Positions 46,865 through 58,976 of a stretch of DNA of 64,000 nt are shown here, one piece after another. This DNA is from Oculina patagonica (Eukaryota): assembly GCF_052425735.1 (NCBI RefSeq), contig NC_135764.1, forward strand, positions 31,744,001 through 31,808,000, given 5' to 3'. Numbering within the stretch: the first letter of the stretch is position 1; every line of letters begins with the position of its first letter. A program made the translations under genes and the position numbers. The notes below the pieces were generated by a model. The model made no database searches, was not told the origin of the DNA, and saw nothing but the letters and a program-made list of their open reading frames with translations.

Positions 46865-49706
46865 GTCTAAAACAAAACAAAAAAAACACAACCATCGATA
46901 TTAGCATTAGGTATAGATATAACGTAATTTATTAAACATGTTTTTAAGGGACAGCAGTGTCCCGGCTGATATATCTTATTTTAAAAGTATGACCGTTGGC
47001 TTGCTATAAACTTGCTTTATTATCTTGCAATAGAAAGAAAGAAAAACACCCTGAATGTGGTGAAAGCAAAGAAATCTCAACTTAAAAGAAAAATGGATAC
47101 GTAATGATTAAAATATTCAGAATTTCCTGAGAATGAAAGTTTTGATTTTTTCTCATCCTGACACAAGATCAAATTTTATGAACTGTAATCCACTTCCATC
47201 CTTGCAATCCTATACTTCTTCCCCAAAATATTTGTTCTATTTTAAGCATTCAATATTTTCTTGTTTAAAATCTATTGCAGCGCAGCCGAGATGGAAGTTT
47301 TTGCTTACAGTTCTATACATCCACCAATATCGACATTTAAAATAACTACATTACTAACTAAAATATTAATTTTACTGGTAGTGACAGGGATCAGACTATA
47401 ATTGAAGATATTTTGGAAAAAACTGCTACGAAATAGGAAATTAAATAGATTATAAATATAATTAGTACTCGCGGACAACTTGATTCGCTTTTTAAAAATT
47501 ATTTAGACAAGATTTTTTAAAGGCTATGAACACGTATGCTATTCGAAAAGAGGTAGTGAAACGGCGGCTCATAGAAATATATTTACCTTCCCTTGTTAAG
47601 CATTTTAAAAAAAAGCTAGTTTGAAAAGCCTACAAAAACTGCTTGATTCAAACTTTGGACATCAGCTGAAAAATAGGCACTCGCTACGATACACTTATGG
47701 TTTCTTACTGAAAAATTACACGACTCTATTTTTATTATCCGAACGTAGAATGATTTAAAACAAGAAGCTGAACTTACCAATTCCTTTCTACCTCCGATAC
47801 GCTTCTACTGCGAATTCCAACAAACTCTGATGAATGTCTTTGATTGATAGGAATTTAAGAAATAATCACACACCCCTACTGAAAAATAAAGCCCTTTGAT
47901 TGGCTTATTACTAAGTATTATGTCAACTGAAAATTGTGAACGCGTGAAAAGACAAGCGATCACTGACGCCTGCTGTCGATGAGGACACAATTTGTTTGGT
48001 GTCTAACACTTGAAACGATAAACAAAATATTTGTTAACGAACACACCCAAACATCAAAAAAGTGTTGAATAACTCACGGATTTTGTTTTAATTTATCAAC
48101 TGTATTAATAAAATGTTTGTTTTGAGTAGAACAATAAAGATTAGGCATATCACGTTCGAAATGAAAATTCGATTTATAAATACACGTATTTTAAAGGTAT
48201 ATTTTAATTTGACATACTTGTAAAGCAGGAACTAAGAGGTCATTTGATTAAGTGACCTCTCTAAAATGCCTGGGCCTTTGAAAATTAAATTTAACTCAGA
48301 ACTGACAAAAACATAAACAATTAGAACAGAAAAAAAAGCTGTTCTGCAATGCTTGTAATTTCGGGTTGAAAAAGCTAGAGATAAGAGTATGAAGTTATAA
48401 CACCATTGAGGAGATTCGTAATTTTAGTGACAAAACAGGTTTTTCGCATTCCTTACGTCGATGTGAAGGAAAAGGTTGTTGCTTGTATTAAAATTTCCAA
48501 ATGTGCTTCTTTCTAATTTTAGGAAAATTTATAGTGAACACAATCAATCAAATGTTGTGGCTCGCATTTTAAAAACGAAAAAACCAATTTACTGCTTCAA
48601 ACCAGAAAACTCCCAACAGAAAAAAGAACATGAACAAAGAACAGTGATTATTACAAACATAAATAAGAGATTTTTATTTCTGTTTTGTGTTTGGATTTTG
48701 AATATTTTGCTATAAAGTTATTGCCCTTTTATGCGTTTAATTAAATCTTACTAACTATGGTCCGACGAAAGGCTAACGTTCTAAATATCCGCCACGCTTG
48801 TTAATTTACGTTTAGAATTTATTTCCCTGCCAGTGAGATAAAACAATTCAGTTTTTTCTAAATTTTATAATATTTCTCAATTAATGACTGAGTTGTTTGT
48901 ACGGCCAATGGAGAAACCACAACTTAGAGAGAGCCTATGTGAAAGATAGTCTTCCATATTTAGATTGAACAGTGAACAGCTTATGGTCGGAAACGGCCGT
49001 GTATTTGAAAGGCCCCATGCACTTGTCACCCGCGGGGTTTGTCCCGTTCAAGATCACGACCACAAGCGGGACATCCCTAAATTACGGGTTTGACATACTT
49101 TGTGTGAAATCTCCAAACGTTCGTACACAATGAAATGAACTGTACCTTGACAAACAATTTTTATTACGCACAATTTACTCCAAGTAGATAGCAAAACAAA
49201 AAACATTAGTAATCAACACAATAAATTCTTAAATAACAAAATGCAAGCAACATGGCACGTTTGTGACAACCAAAGTAGCATAAGAGGGCTATCAGATTCA
49301 CAAAATTTATTGAACATAACGCCCTTGCCTGGATTTTTAACGTTTTACTAAGCAGTTATTTACAAGTCGTTAACCACTAAAATAAAATCAAATTTTTGCA
49401 CATTAAGTACAATGTTACGTTAATGAATATTTTAAAATTTATTCACATAGTGCTCGACAAAAAGAGCAAAGGACTTTACAGGGGTAAAAAATAACTTGAG
49501 CGACGCCCTTTCAGGGGTTGGATTTAAATTTGCCAACGAGCACGCACCTCCTTTTCATAAAAGAGTCCACCCCCTCTCCCCAAACTCGGAATTAAAAAAA
49601 ACCATTTTGTGAGGCAAGTTATTGATACCCAACCGTCATAAAACTGTTTTCGACAAATAAACAGCAATTCCTTAAATATCACTGATATGCAGTGACATAT
49701 TTCTTA

Positions 49707-50196
49707 TTCTTACTAATTTTCGCGAGTACTAATTTTAGCGATATTCGCGATTTCAAAATAATCGCGAATTTAATACGCGCGAATATAATATTGCGCGAAA
49801 TTTAAACACGCGAAATTACTTTATATCAAAACAAAAATTTTAAATGTTTGGAAATTAAACTATCTATCCTTGAAAATATCTTTCCGTCTTGTTTTAGACT
49901 AGCACCCTTTCTCTGATTACTGTTTTCTTTAGCTTGTAAATCGGCCAAGACTTCTTTAGTACAGTCACCGAAGTTTCCAATTGTAGGCTTCGTGTACAGT
50001 ACTTACATTGAACCCGGCCTTTGTATATTTCCAGTAGTTCCTTAGTCTTTGACGACTGATCCAGAATACACTGGAAAAATCGCGAAATTTAATACCCTCT
50101 TGCTTTAATTTTTCTTGCCATCGCGAAAATTAATACTCGCGAAATTCGGCTCCCAAATTTTCGCGAAATTAAGTACGCGCGAAAATAAGTAAGAAC
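49707..50196. mobile_element. MITE with CGCGAAATT subterminal repeats
   Basis: TTCTTACTAATTTTCGCG ... CGCGAAAATAAGTAAGAA; many TCGCGAAA repeats at both ends. Confidence 0.7.
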
Positions 50197-50230
50197 ATAT
50201 TTACATTAGTAAGTAGAAATATCAAGGGAA

Positions 50231-52517
50231 TTAATAACTGTTTGTAGTAGGGGGAGACCAGTATTCCATTTCCTGCTCTTGGCCCTGTGAGGTATTGAAG
50301 CACTGCAGGAGCCCATTATGTGCTCCTGAGCACTGGCGATAGAAGTAGCTATTAGGAACTTCCATGTAAGCACTCTGTGGTGCTGTATTTTCGATGTAGT
50401 GCGGCATAGAGACTGGCATCATACAGGTCGTTTTATTCACTGTGGATTCCATCTTAAGCCTCAATCGGTACCGTTTATTCTTGAACCAGTTCTATAAGAT
50501 AAAAACACAGCTACATTCAGAATAAACGTTGTAGGATGCTCGACTCTGCAACATGCTGCAAGAATACACGTTTGCATTTTGCGCCCGAGGTGTGAAATGT
50601 ATCAGGTATCATCCCTTTTTCATGTAATAAAGAACTTTACCTTACTGCATAGCAGGAAATTACAAACCTGTAGCACTTGCTTTGTTATTCCCAGTGCAAC
50701 AGCCACCTCCGTCTGCTGGATGGGGGTCAAGTAAGGTGACGACTCAAACGCTCGCTTCAACACTTGTTTCTGATATTCACTCAATCTTGTGCGTGTTTGT
50801 CTCTTTGAGGAACAAACAGTGACCTGATCTGCGGCCTCACCTTTAAGGAAATTCATTTCAAAGCATAAATTATTTTGTGTAGCTTGCGACATAATCATCT
50901 CCTAATCTCTTATTAGGGAAGAACCATTAGAAATAACCGGAGGGGGGGGGGGGGGGTAAAAAATTTTCCGTGCAGGAATTTTTTTTGAAGGCCTACTTGT
51001 CTGCAGGAATTTTTTTTCTGAGGCACAAGCTTTGCACGAATTTTTTTTTCACCCAAAAATAAAGGTCTTGTTTTGTAACGCATCTATGATTTGCGCAACA
51101 ATTATCATTATTAAATAGCATTATTGTTTCATTTTTTCAGATTCGTTCTATGAATTAAGCGACATTTAGGGACCGTTCATTTTTTATGCCATAGGTAGGG
51201 GAGCTGAAGGGATTTGATAGATAGTGCCTGTTAAATATAATCCCCCCTCCTTATTAGAAATTTTTACCCTAGTCCCTCAACAAAAAAGATGACAGCTAAA
51301 ACCTATCAAGCTAAACTTTAGAATATCAGACAAAATTGCAGTTTAAAGTGATAATAATAATACTGTTTGTGCTTTTGGTTAACTGTTTACTGATGGGACG
51401 CGATTGTTAGGGTGGGTCATATGTGTTTGCAACCAAATTAGTTGATAGGATTCAGCTGATGCTGTTCTCTCGGTACATGACAAATTAGAGGGGTCCGGGG
51501 GCATGCTCCCCCGGGAAAATTTTAATTTTCAGAACCTCAGAAACGCTATTTTAGCCATTCTGATGGACGTTTATAGATGCCAACATACAACACTTACAGG
51601 TTATTCCGTTGCACGAATTTTTTTTCAGGCACAACCGCTTGCAGGAATTTTTTTTCGACAAGTTTTCCTTGCAGGAATTTTTTTTTGGTAAAAGTCACCC
51701 CCCCCCCCCCCTCCGGTTATTTCTAATGGTCCGTCCCTTAGAATATTAGATGTGTTCTTGGGTTAGGCGAGTGTGAGTTTAAATCAAATCAAATCACATT
51801 TTATTTTAAACACATAACACCAAGGAGTACGTAGATTTCTCGTTTGAATGTGTACAAGTGTCTAAAAGTAAAAATCAATTTTTATTTCAAAATTTAAAAC
51901 GATGAAAATTATTATCGATATTTATAATTAATATTTACAAGTAAATATTTAAAATATATAATAATATAAAAGTCGCAAATTACAGGTACTAAGCTTTAAG
52001 CCATGTAGGCTTTAAGAGATATTATTTGATACTTTTGCACTGACGTCTCATCAAACGAAGACAATTTTTAATTATTTTTACATTGTATAAGTATACTTTT
52101 TTTTACATTACTGATTTAAAAAAAGCATATGTTAAGGTCAATCGCACGAGGACGCAACTTCATCTGAAATTGGTTTAGTCAAATCTGCTTAAAAGAATTC
52201 ACGCCGCTCACTAAAATATTATGTAATGCTATAGAAGACAGAGAGAAATTCTCCAACACGTGTCAGTGAATTAAGTAAATTGGGATAACGCTTGCGTATT
52301 TTAAAGTACCATCGAAATGGGTGACAGAAAAACAAAGGTTGTTTTATCGTGAAAAATATTTGTTTTTCTATGCTGATTTCCTAAAATAAATCAAAATTCT
52401 TTGCTAGTTTGGATGACATAACTAACCTGACGATGCGTTCTGGTCGAATAGTTGAGCATCATCTGAACTGGAAGCACCTACATTTACAGATAGTGGCCGT
52501 TTGGAACATTCTGCCAT
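50231..52517 (-). CDS. Divergent K50 homeodomain transcription factor (PRD-class-like), 174 aa
   Basis: Exons 52517-52427 (MAECSKR..., donor G|GTTAGT), 50840-50668 and 50491-50231 join in frame. Homeodomain KRQTRTRLSEYQKQVLKRAFESSPYLTPIQQTEVAVALGITKQVLQ|NWFKNKRYRLRLKM with R5, L16, F20, W48, F49, K50, N51, R53; phase-0 intron between residues 46 and 47. Confidence 0.88.
50916..51737. mobile_element. PIF/Harbinger-type MITE (TTA TSD) in homeobox intron 1
   Basis: TTA|GGGAAGAACCATTAGAAATAACCGGAGGGGG ... CCCCCTCCGGTTATTTCTAATGGTCCGTCCC|TTA; subterminal TGCAGGAATTTTTTTT repeats. Confidence 0.88.
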
Positions 52518-53258
52518 TTTCGAAAAAACGCTGCGTTGGAAGTGACTACACGCTACACAGTGGCCGCTTTTAGCCAAATGTGGAACATTGCAATGATAAC
52601 TGCATTTAGTACTAATCGCCAAGTTTCACATGCTGTCACATGATTGGCTATTTGTCGTATTACGATAATACGGGATATTTTTTGTGTGTAGTGACGTATT
52701 CTTTGCTTTGTTTAAGGGTTTCCTCCACGTAATTACCAACCGAAACAAACAATGATCACATCAGTGATCTGTTTGTACTGTACCAGGGAATTGCGTATAG
52801 CGTCAAAGTAGCCATACGGGTATTCGCTATGTTTGTACCATGACATCATTGAATAACACTATTAATATTCATTACGAAAAACGTATCCAGAATTACGTGG
52901 ATAATTAATTACACTGTGGACTGTAAATTGGACAAGGCCAAAAGCTGAGAGTCCATTATGGAAGTCAGAATTGTTCAAATCCATTCATTTCCTAAATTGC
53001 CTATAACATACTATGAATCAAACTGTGTGCTTTTCGACTTAGGAAATACTTTGATAGTTGGCTAAATTTGATTTTAAGCTTAAATTCAACTACGGCAGTT
53101 TATCTAACATTTGAAAAACAAGGACAAACCGAAAAGAATTATTGCATGTTTAAAGACAACTGACGTTATAATGCCAATCAACAGGTACGTTGCTAAGTAG
53201 GCCTAATTAGTTTTCCCGAAGTGGAGCAAAATGATAAGTAAATAACTCAGTTATGTTT

Positions 53259-53791
53259 TGCCCAATATTACGTCACAGCTTAATTATCCAATGATTGTTT
53301 GCCTGTTTGTAAAAACACTGCACCAGGAAATTTCGTTAATCGAACTCTAAAAAACAAGAATTGCCTTTTGGAAAGGAGAAATTTAGGAACTGAGATGACT
53401 GGCTCAATAAAATGAGATGATATGAGATGATAATGAGAAGACTGCTTCAATCAAATTAACAGAAGAACTGACCAAATTAATTCCTTTCAACAACAAGACC
53501 ACATTGTAGCAGATAATTAATTAGCCTAACTAGCGATCCGTAATGCCCAATATTACGTCACAGCTTAATTATCCAATGAGTGTTTGCCTGTTTGTAAATA
53601 ACAGTGCAACAGGAAATTTCGTTAAACGAACTCTAACAAAAAAGAATGGCCTTTTGGAAAGGAGAAATTTAGGTATGGAACTCAGATAACTGGGTCAATC
53701 AAATTAACAGAAGAACTGACCAAATTAATTCCTTTCAACAACAAGACCACAGTGCAGTAGATAATTAATTAGGCCTAATTAGCGATCCGTA
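53259..53791. repeat. Tandem duplication (~285 bp + ~248 bp) upstream of the homeobox gene
   Basis: TGCCCAATATTACGTCACAGCTTAATTATCCAATGA starts at 53259 and 53544; both copies end near ...AGCGATCCGTA. Confidence 0.9.
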
Positions 53792-55149
53792 TTATGTCTT
53801 CTGTTTGCAATGTGACGTCACAGCAAAATCAATTCAATCCCTATTTTCGGATTGAAACTGAAATTTTGGAAAATACTCACCCCTTGAGTGATTATTCAAG
53901 ACGTATTAAGAAATATTAATTGTACCGGTCAACTTTAGTGACCAGGCATAAAACAGTGGACGGTCATTTTGGTTCAAAATATCTCGCTGTGGAAAGTTCG
54001 CCGAAGCTAAGCCGACGAGTTAGAAATCATCGGGGACTAATTGTCATCGGCATGACAGATCAGCCATATTAGGGGAGTGGGGAAAGTGAATTTGATCCGC
54101 GCAAGTATTTCCACCGGGGTGTACCCATAGGTAGAAATTCTCCTTTGACGTCATGGTGTGAAACCGGCCTCCCGCAGTGGGGGTGGTGGTGGGGGGACTT
54201 GGGTTCGCTCCGGTAAGTTGTGTACTTGTTCATATTACTGGGGGGAAACAAACATCAAACGGTGTTAATATCATGAACATGTATCTTTAATAGATCTACT
54301 GTATTTTTATACAAAAGTTCTTGTTTATCAAAGCACTTGCATGTATGCTTTAAATATATATACAGACCTAACAGTTCTGCTTATAGAAACTTTTGATGGT
54401 CAACATATTGGAATTCATAATCGATTCCAGAAGCTATTTGCAGACGTACATTTATACCTTTTCCATCAAGCTAGCCCATTTATGATTCTTACAAGTGATA
54501 TTTAACGTGCTGTGTGTTTCATGACAAAGAGATATTTACATATATTTATTATTTATACATATTTATTTTTTACATATATTTAGTATTTATATTTCGGACA
54601 AAGTGTCTTTTTGAGACAAGAAATTAACGAAACTGGACGAAATTTAACATTTATCAGGGCCCACATTGATAAAAGTTGAATGTATAACTGAAGTGTCCGG
54701 TCCTGTATAAATATTTCTTTTTATTATTATTGTTTACCTGGATTATTCTGCTCACTAAAGGAAACGTTTTTCAACTCATAGAGGTAAATTAAAAAAAAAT
54801 CTATGTTTACGCATGACTGTTTGAATATGATTGAGTTTCGACAATAAACTGTCACAAGAGAGGAAACATTGTCTATTTGTTGTAAAATCTAACAAAGTTG
54901 CTCTTGCCCTCGGATCCGCAGATACTCTTGGGTAGTTTCGGTGGCAAAAAGTGCTATTTTAGACCTGTTGTTTAGAACTTGATGTACGCTATTTTGTTAA
55001 CTAAATCGCAATTTACTTAATCTTGCGATATCTGTTATTTTATTTTCTTGGCCTCTTCTACATTTGAATTTTAATGTCCTTTCGGACTAAACGGCTCAAA
55101 AGCCACGCGCTTTTGGAAGGCAAATAACTACGTAACTTACATACGCGAC

Positions 55150-55770
55150 CACCCAGCGAGCAGAGCCCTTTCTTTTCCACTGAGAAGAAAGGGCTCTGCA
55201 AGAATCGCGTCAAATCTTTGTTGAGCATGCGCGAGGTTTACGCGATGCTTGCGCATTTAGCTTGCGCGAGGAACACTTAATCTTAGCATGCGCGCGAGAA
55301 ATGGCGTGATGGATCGTACACGACAGTGTGAAAAAGTGTTTGTTTTACAAGTTCTTTTCTTCGGAGAGCATCTGAATTCCTTTAGTAATAACACGTCAAG
55401 CAGCGCTTGAAGTCGTATTAGTGACTTTATGGTAGAGATGTGCGATTTTAACCGTGAAATTTCTTCTTGCCTTGCGAAAAAACGAGAACTTAAATGATCC
55501 ACAACCTGCACGCGCGCACAAACGTTAGCAGATGGCGAGAGCAATCGTCAGCTCTAGTGCTTTCGAGAGCGTACTGTGGGCTCCGCCTTGAACATCAGTT
55601 TTTCCAAAAAATTAATGCCCGCGCAGCAAAAACCGGTTTAATCCGGGCTGACCAGCCCAAACTTTGGGGCTGCGGCGACTTCAAAGAAATGACACGATTC
55701 ATGCAGAGCCTCTTTCTTCTTCCTAAATCTCAACCGCAGGGAAGTTAAAAGAGGCTCTGCTCGCAGGGTG
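55150..55770. mobile_element. MITE with 9-bp TSD
   Basis: ATACGCGAC|CACCCAGCGAGCAGAGCC ... GGCTCTGCTCGCAGGGTG|ATACGCGAC. Confidence 0.85.
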
Positions 55771-55822
55771 ATACGCGACTAGCCCCAGACCTCTTATGCT
55801 CACGGTCATAACAGTCACCAAG

Positions 55823-58800
55823 TCAATTTAATTCATATTTCTTTGTCTTGGAAGTGTGTTCCCGCAACAGCCAGTAGGTTTGCATTGTACCCTTTCCCTG
55901 GAAAGAGAAATAAAAAGGATATAAGAGACTTTTGCAACCACAAGGGTTTTGTGGAAAGAAGTAATTGTACGAGTTAAGCTTTTTGATGAAATGGGACGAG
56001 ACACCTGGGATCATCAGGTTAATACGTACGAGGAGGAATATTAGCGTATTATTCATACGTGTTTCAAAAGACTTCGTAAAGAGACGGTTGCGGCACATTT
56101 TTCGAGGGAGGGGTACCTTAAAACGTGAGTGGGAAAAAATGTGTTTTTATAAAAATAATTTCAGTATTCACGGTGTCCCGTCGAGCTTCATTATTTAAAG
56201 TCACTTACGTTTGGCCGAGTCATGGCTTGTATTGCTCACTATCTGGATTGCTTATTGCTTTTATGGTCCTGTAGTGAATTTGTCTTAAAGACTGTGAAGT
56301 TTTATCCCCTTTTAAGTTGTTTATAAAGGGCAATTCAGTTTGTTGAGACAACCTCGAATACGACACGTAACATATAATGTTGAGGATAAAGAAGACCAGG
56401 AATATATTAACACCACCCCTCCCCCCTATACAAATGGTAAAAGTCGCTAAGTATCTTGGGTGGGTAAAATAAAAAGTACGAGGTTCGGTTTCGTCCGCCA
56501 TATTGGATATGTAGTTTTCTCTCTTTATACGAGCGTGCAAATTGCGTTCTTCCTTCCCTCCGGCCGGCAACAATAACACGCGTGGTGCTGCAGCCGTGGT
56601 TTCGGTGCGAAAATTGCTTACTTTTTCTTCGTGAGTGTCATAAAAATTACCTTATCCATTTTGACGATTTTCCTATTTTACATTACAGTTGTAGTTTTGA
56701 ATATTTTGGTTGGGAAAACAAAGCTGGAGCTGGCATTTTTCTTAAACTGTCCAAGCTGATATGGTAGGATACTAGTTAGCAGGTTAGGGACTTGATATCG
56801 TCGATATCGACCAGCTGGTCAGCAGATAGAGCTTCTGATTGGTTGATTCTGAATTTGGGCACGGTGAACTGGTTAAGCTAACACATACCTTGACTTCGAC
56901 AAGTCCTCTAAACTCTAGAGCGTAATCACCCAGAAATGTCAGCATATCCTTTGAATCTTTGCTAACATGGATTCTCTGAGCTAAACAAAATGCAAAATTA
57001 CACAAATTTAAAATTTGGTCAATTTAAGAAAAGATTATAATGGAATACGGCAATTTTGACTGATGCCATTGTTGACATATCAAATTTAAAACAAAATAGA
57101 AATTCATCTGATTTAAAAACTGTTTTAACTGGAAAGAACATGCAAAAGTATTATGATCTATGTTTAAAGGAACAAGTTCAAAATCTACTTTATGATCAAA
57201 CAAAAAATGCTTATGAAATCAAACAACACCACTTTAAACAAAAGTCACCAAATATGACACAAGACCATACGGTACTAATACTTACGCATGCCCGTTGTTT
57301 GCATTCTCGAGGCGGTATTCACAGTGTCACCAAACAAACAGTAGCGAGGCATTTTGTTTCCCACAACTCCCGCCGCGCAGGGGCCTGGAACGAAAAAAAA
57401 AACACAATTAATGCGATTACCTCGTAATCACGCGCGATCTCGCATACTAACGACTGATAGTAAACAAGTAGCTTAACCAGTCAGATTGTCGGTTTGCATA
57501 AGTATACTAAAAGAATTCTACTCACTAAGTTAAGTTTAGTTTCAATCCTCTTCTAGTCTAACGAATTGGAAGGGTCACGTGACTGTGTAGCATGAATCGA
57601 CTAGGAGTATTACTACTCCTCCCTGGAAGGGATGGGCTGTCAGGCTTCCCTTACAGTTCACTGGTATCCATTTATATACCTGGGTGGAAAGAGGCACTGT
57701 GAGAGTTAAGTGTCTTGCCCAAGAACATGACACAAGCACCCTGACTAGGGCTCAAATCCAGACCGCTCGATCCAGAGTCCAGCAGGCTAATCAGAAGTCT
57801 ACCATGCTTTCTTCAAGGGGAAGTTCATTCCAGAATGGCACTTTTGTTATTCGCGCCAACTGAACGAATAGGTAATACCAGAAACCCATAAGGGTTGAAA
57901 CGTGTAACTCCATATGATTCGCATTGTACAAAGCGTTTGCACATTCGTTTCCATTAAGTACCATTTTTGGAAAATCAGAAGAAAAAATTAACCAATCAAA
58001 ATTGCATCATTTGAATTAAATTCACAGCGCGCGCTAGCTCGCGCTCAATGGCGTAATCTTGTTTTTGAACAAGCTTGGTTGAATAAAGTTAAATTTGGTT
58101 AAATTCTTCTGTTTCATCTTCTTGAAGTAGTCTGGAGAACTTCGCTTCGATACACTTAATGTATTTCTTTAGTTTCTGTAAGAAATTTACGGTGTTTAGG
58201 TCGAAATTCAAGCAACTTACCGTAAAACCAAAAATTATGTTGCGTGTGTCATTACGTGTATGAAGCATTCGCGTACAAATTCTTCGTGTTTCCAAATATG
58301 GTACTTAGCAAAATGAATATTCAAACGCTGTGCGCGCGCGTTACACGTTTCCACCCTTATGGGTTTCTGGTACAGTCAACTCTCTCTAAGACGGACACCT
58401 TTGGGACCGGCCGCAGCTGTCCGTCTTAGAGAGGTGTCCGCTCTGTAGAGAGTCGAGGTATCATGACACCAGTAATTCTGAGATAATAAAGCTAAACCTT
58501 TGCACAATACAACAAACCTTTGCTAACTGCAACAAGACTAAAATAATAAAAGGAGCGTATTTGCTTGTTAAAGCAAAAATTGAGAGCTGTAATACAAACT
58601 GTAATACTGTAAGTAGAAAACGACCTCTTTAGTGTCCATACACGTAAGCAGAGAAGAAATCCGTTAAAGCGTCATCAATTATGGTTAGTAAGCTTGGTAT
58701 ACACGTATCCTCTGGGCGCCGACTAACTTTACTTTAGGTCGATACGATGTTTGGAAGTATTTTCACTGGTAAAACATACATACATACATACATACATACA

Positions 58801-58940
58801 TACTTTATTTAACGTGGAAAAAAGTACACACTTAGCTGTTAGCTAGTTTACAGGTGCTCCACGATTAAAAGTTTAGTATTTACAAAAGTATTTACATCAA
58901 AACAAAGGGTATAAAAGTATTACATCAGACTATTTTAAAA

Positions 58941-58976
<36 letters not shown>

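Noticed and set aside
48760-48795. Third hammerhead-like motif (CCGACGAAAGGCTAACGTTCTAAATATC)
   Set aside because: Core nucleotides are mutated (no CTGANGA or GAAA); at most a dead relic.
50841-50898. ATG at 50898 as the homeobox start, with the MITE in the promoter
   Set aside because: A good acceptor at 50841/50840 joins in frame to an upstream exon (52517-52427, AAAATGG context), so this stretch and the MITE are more likely intronic.
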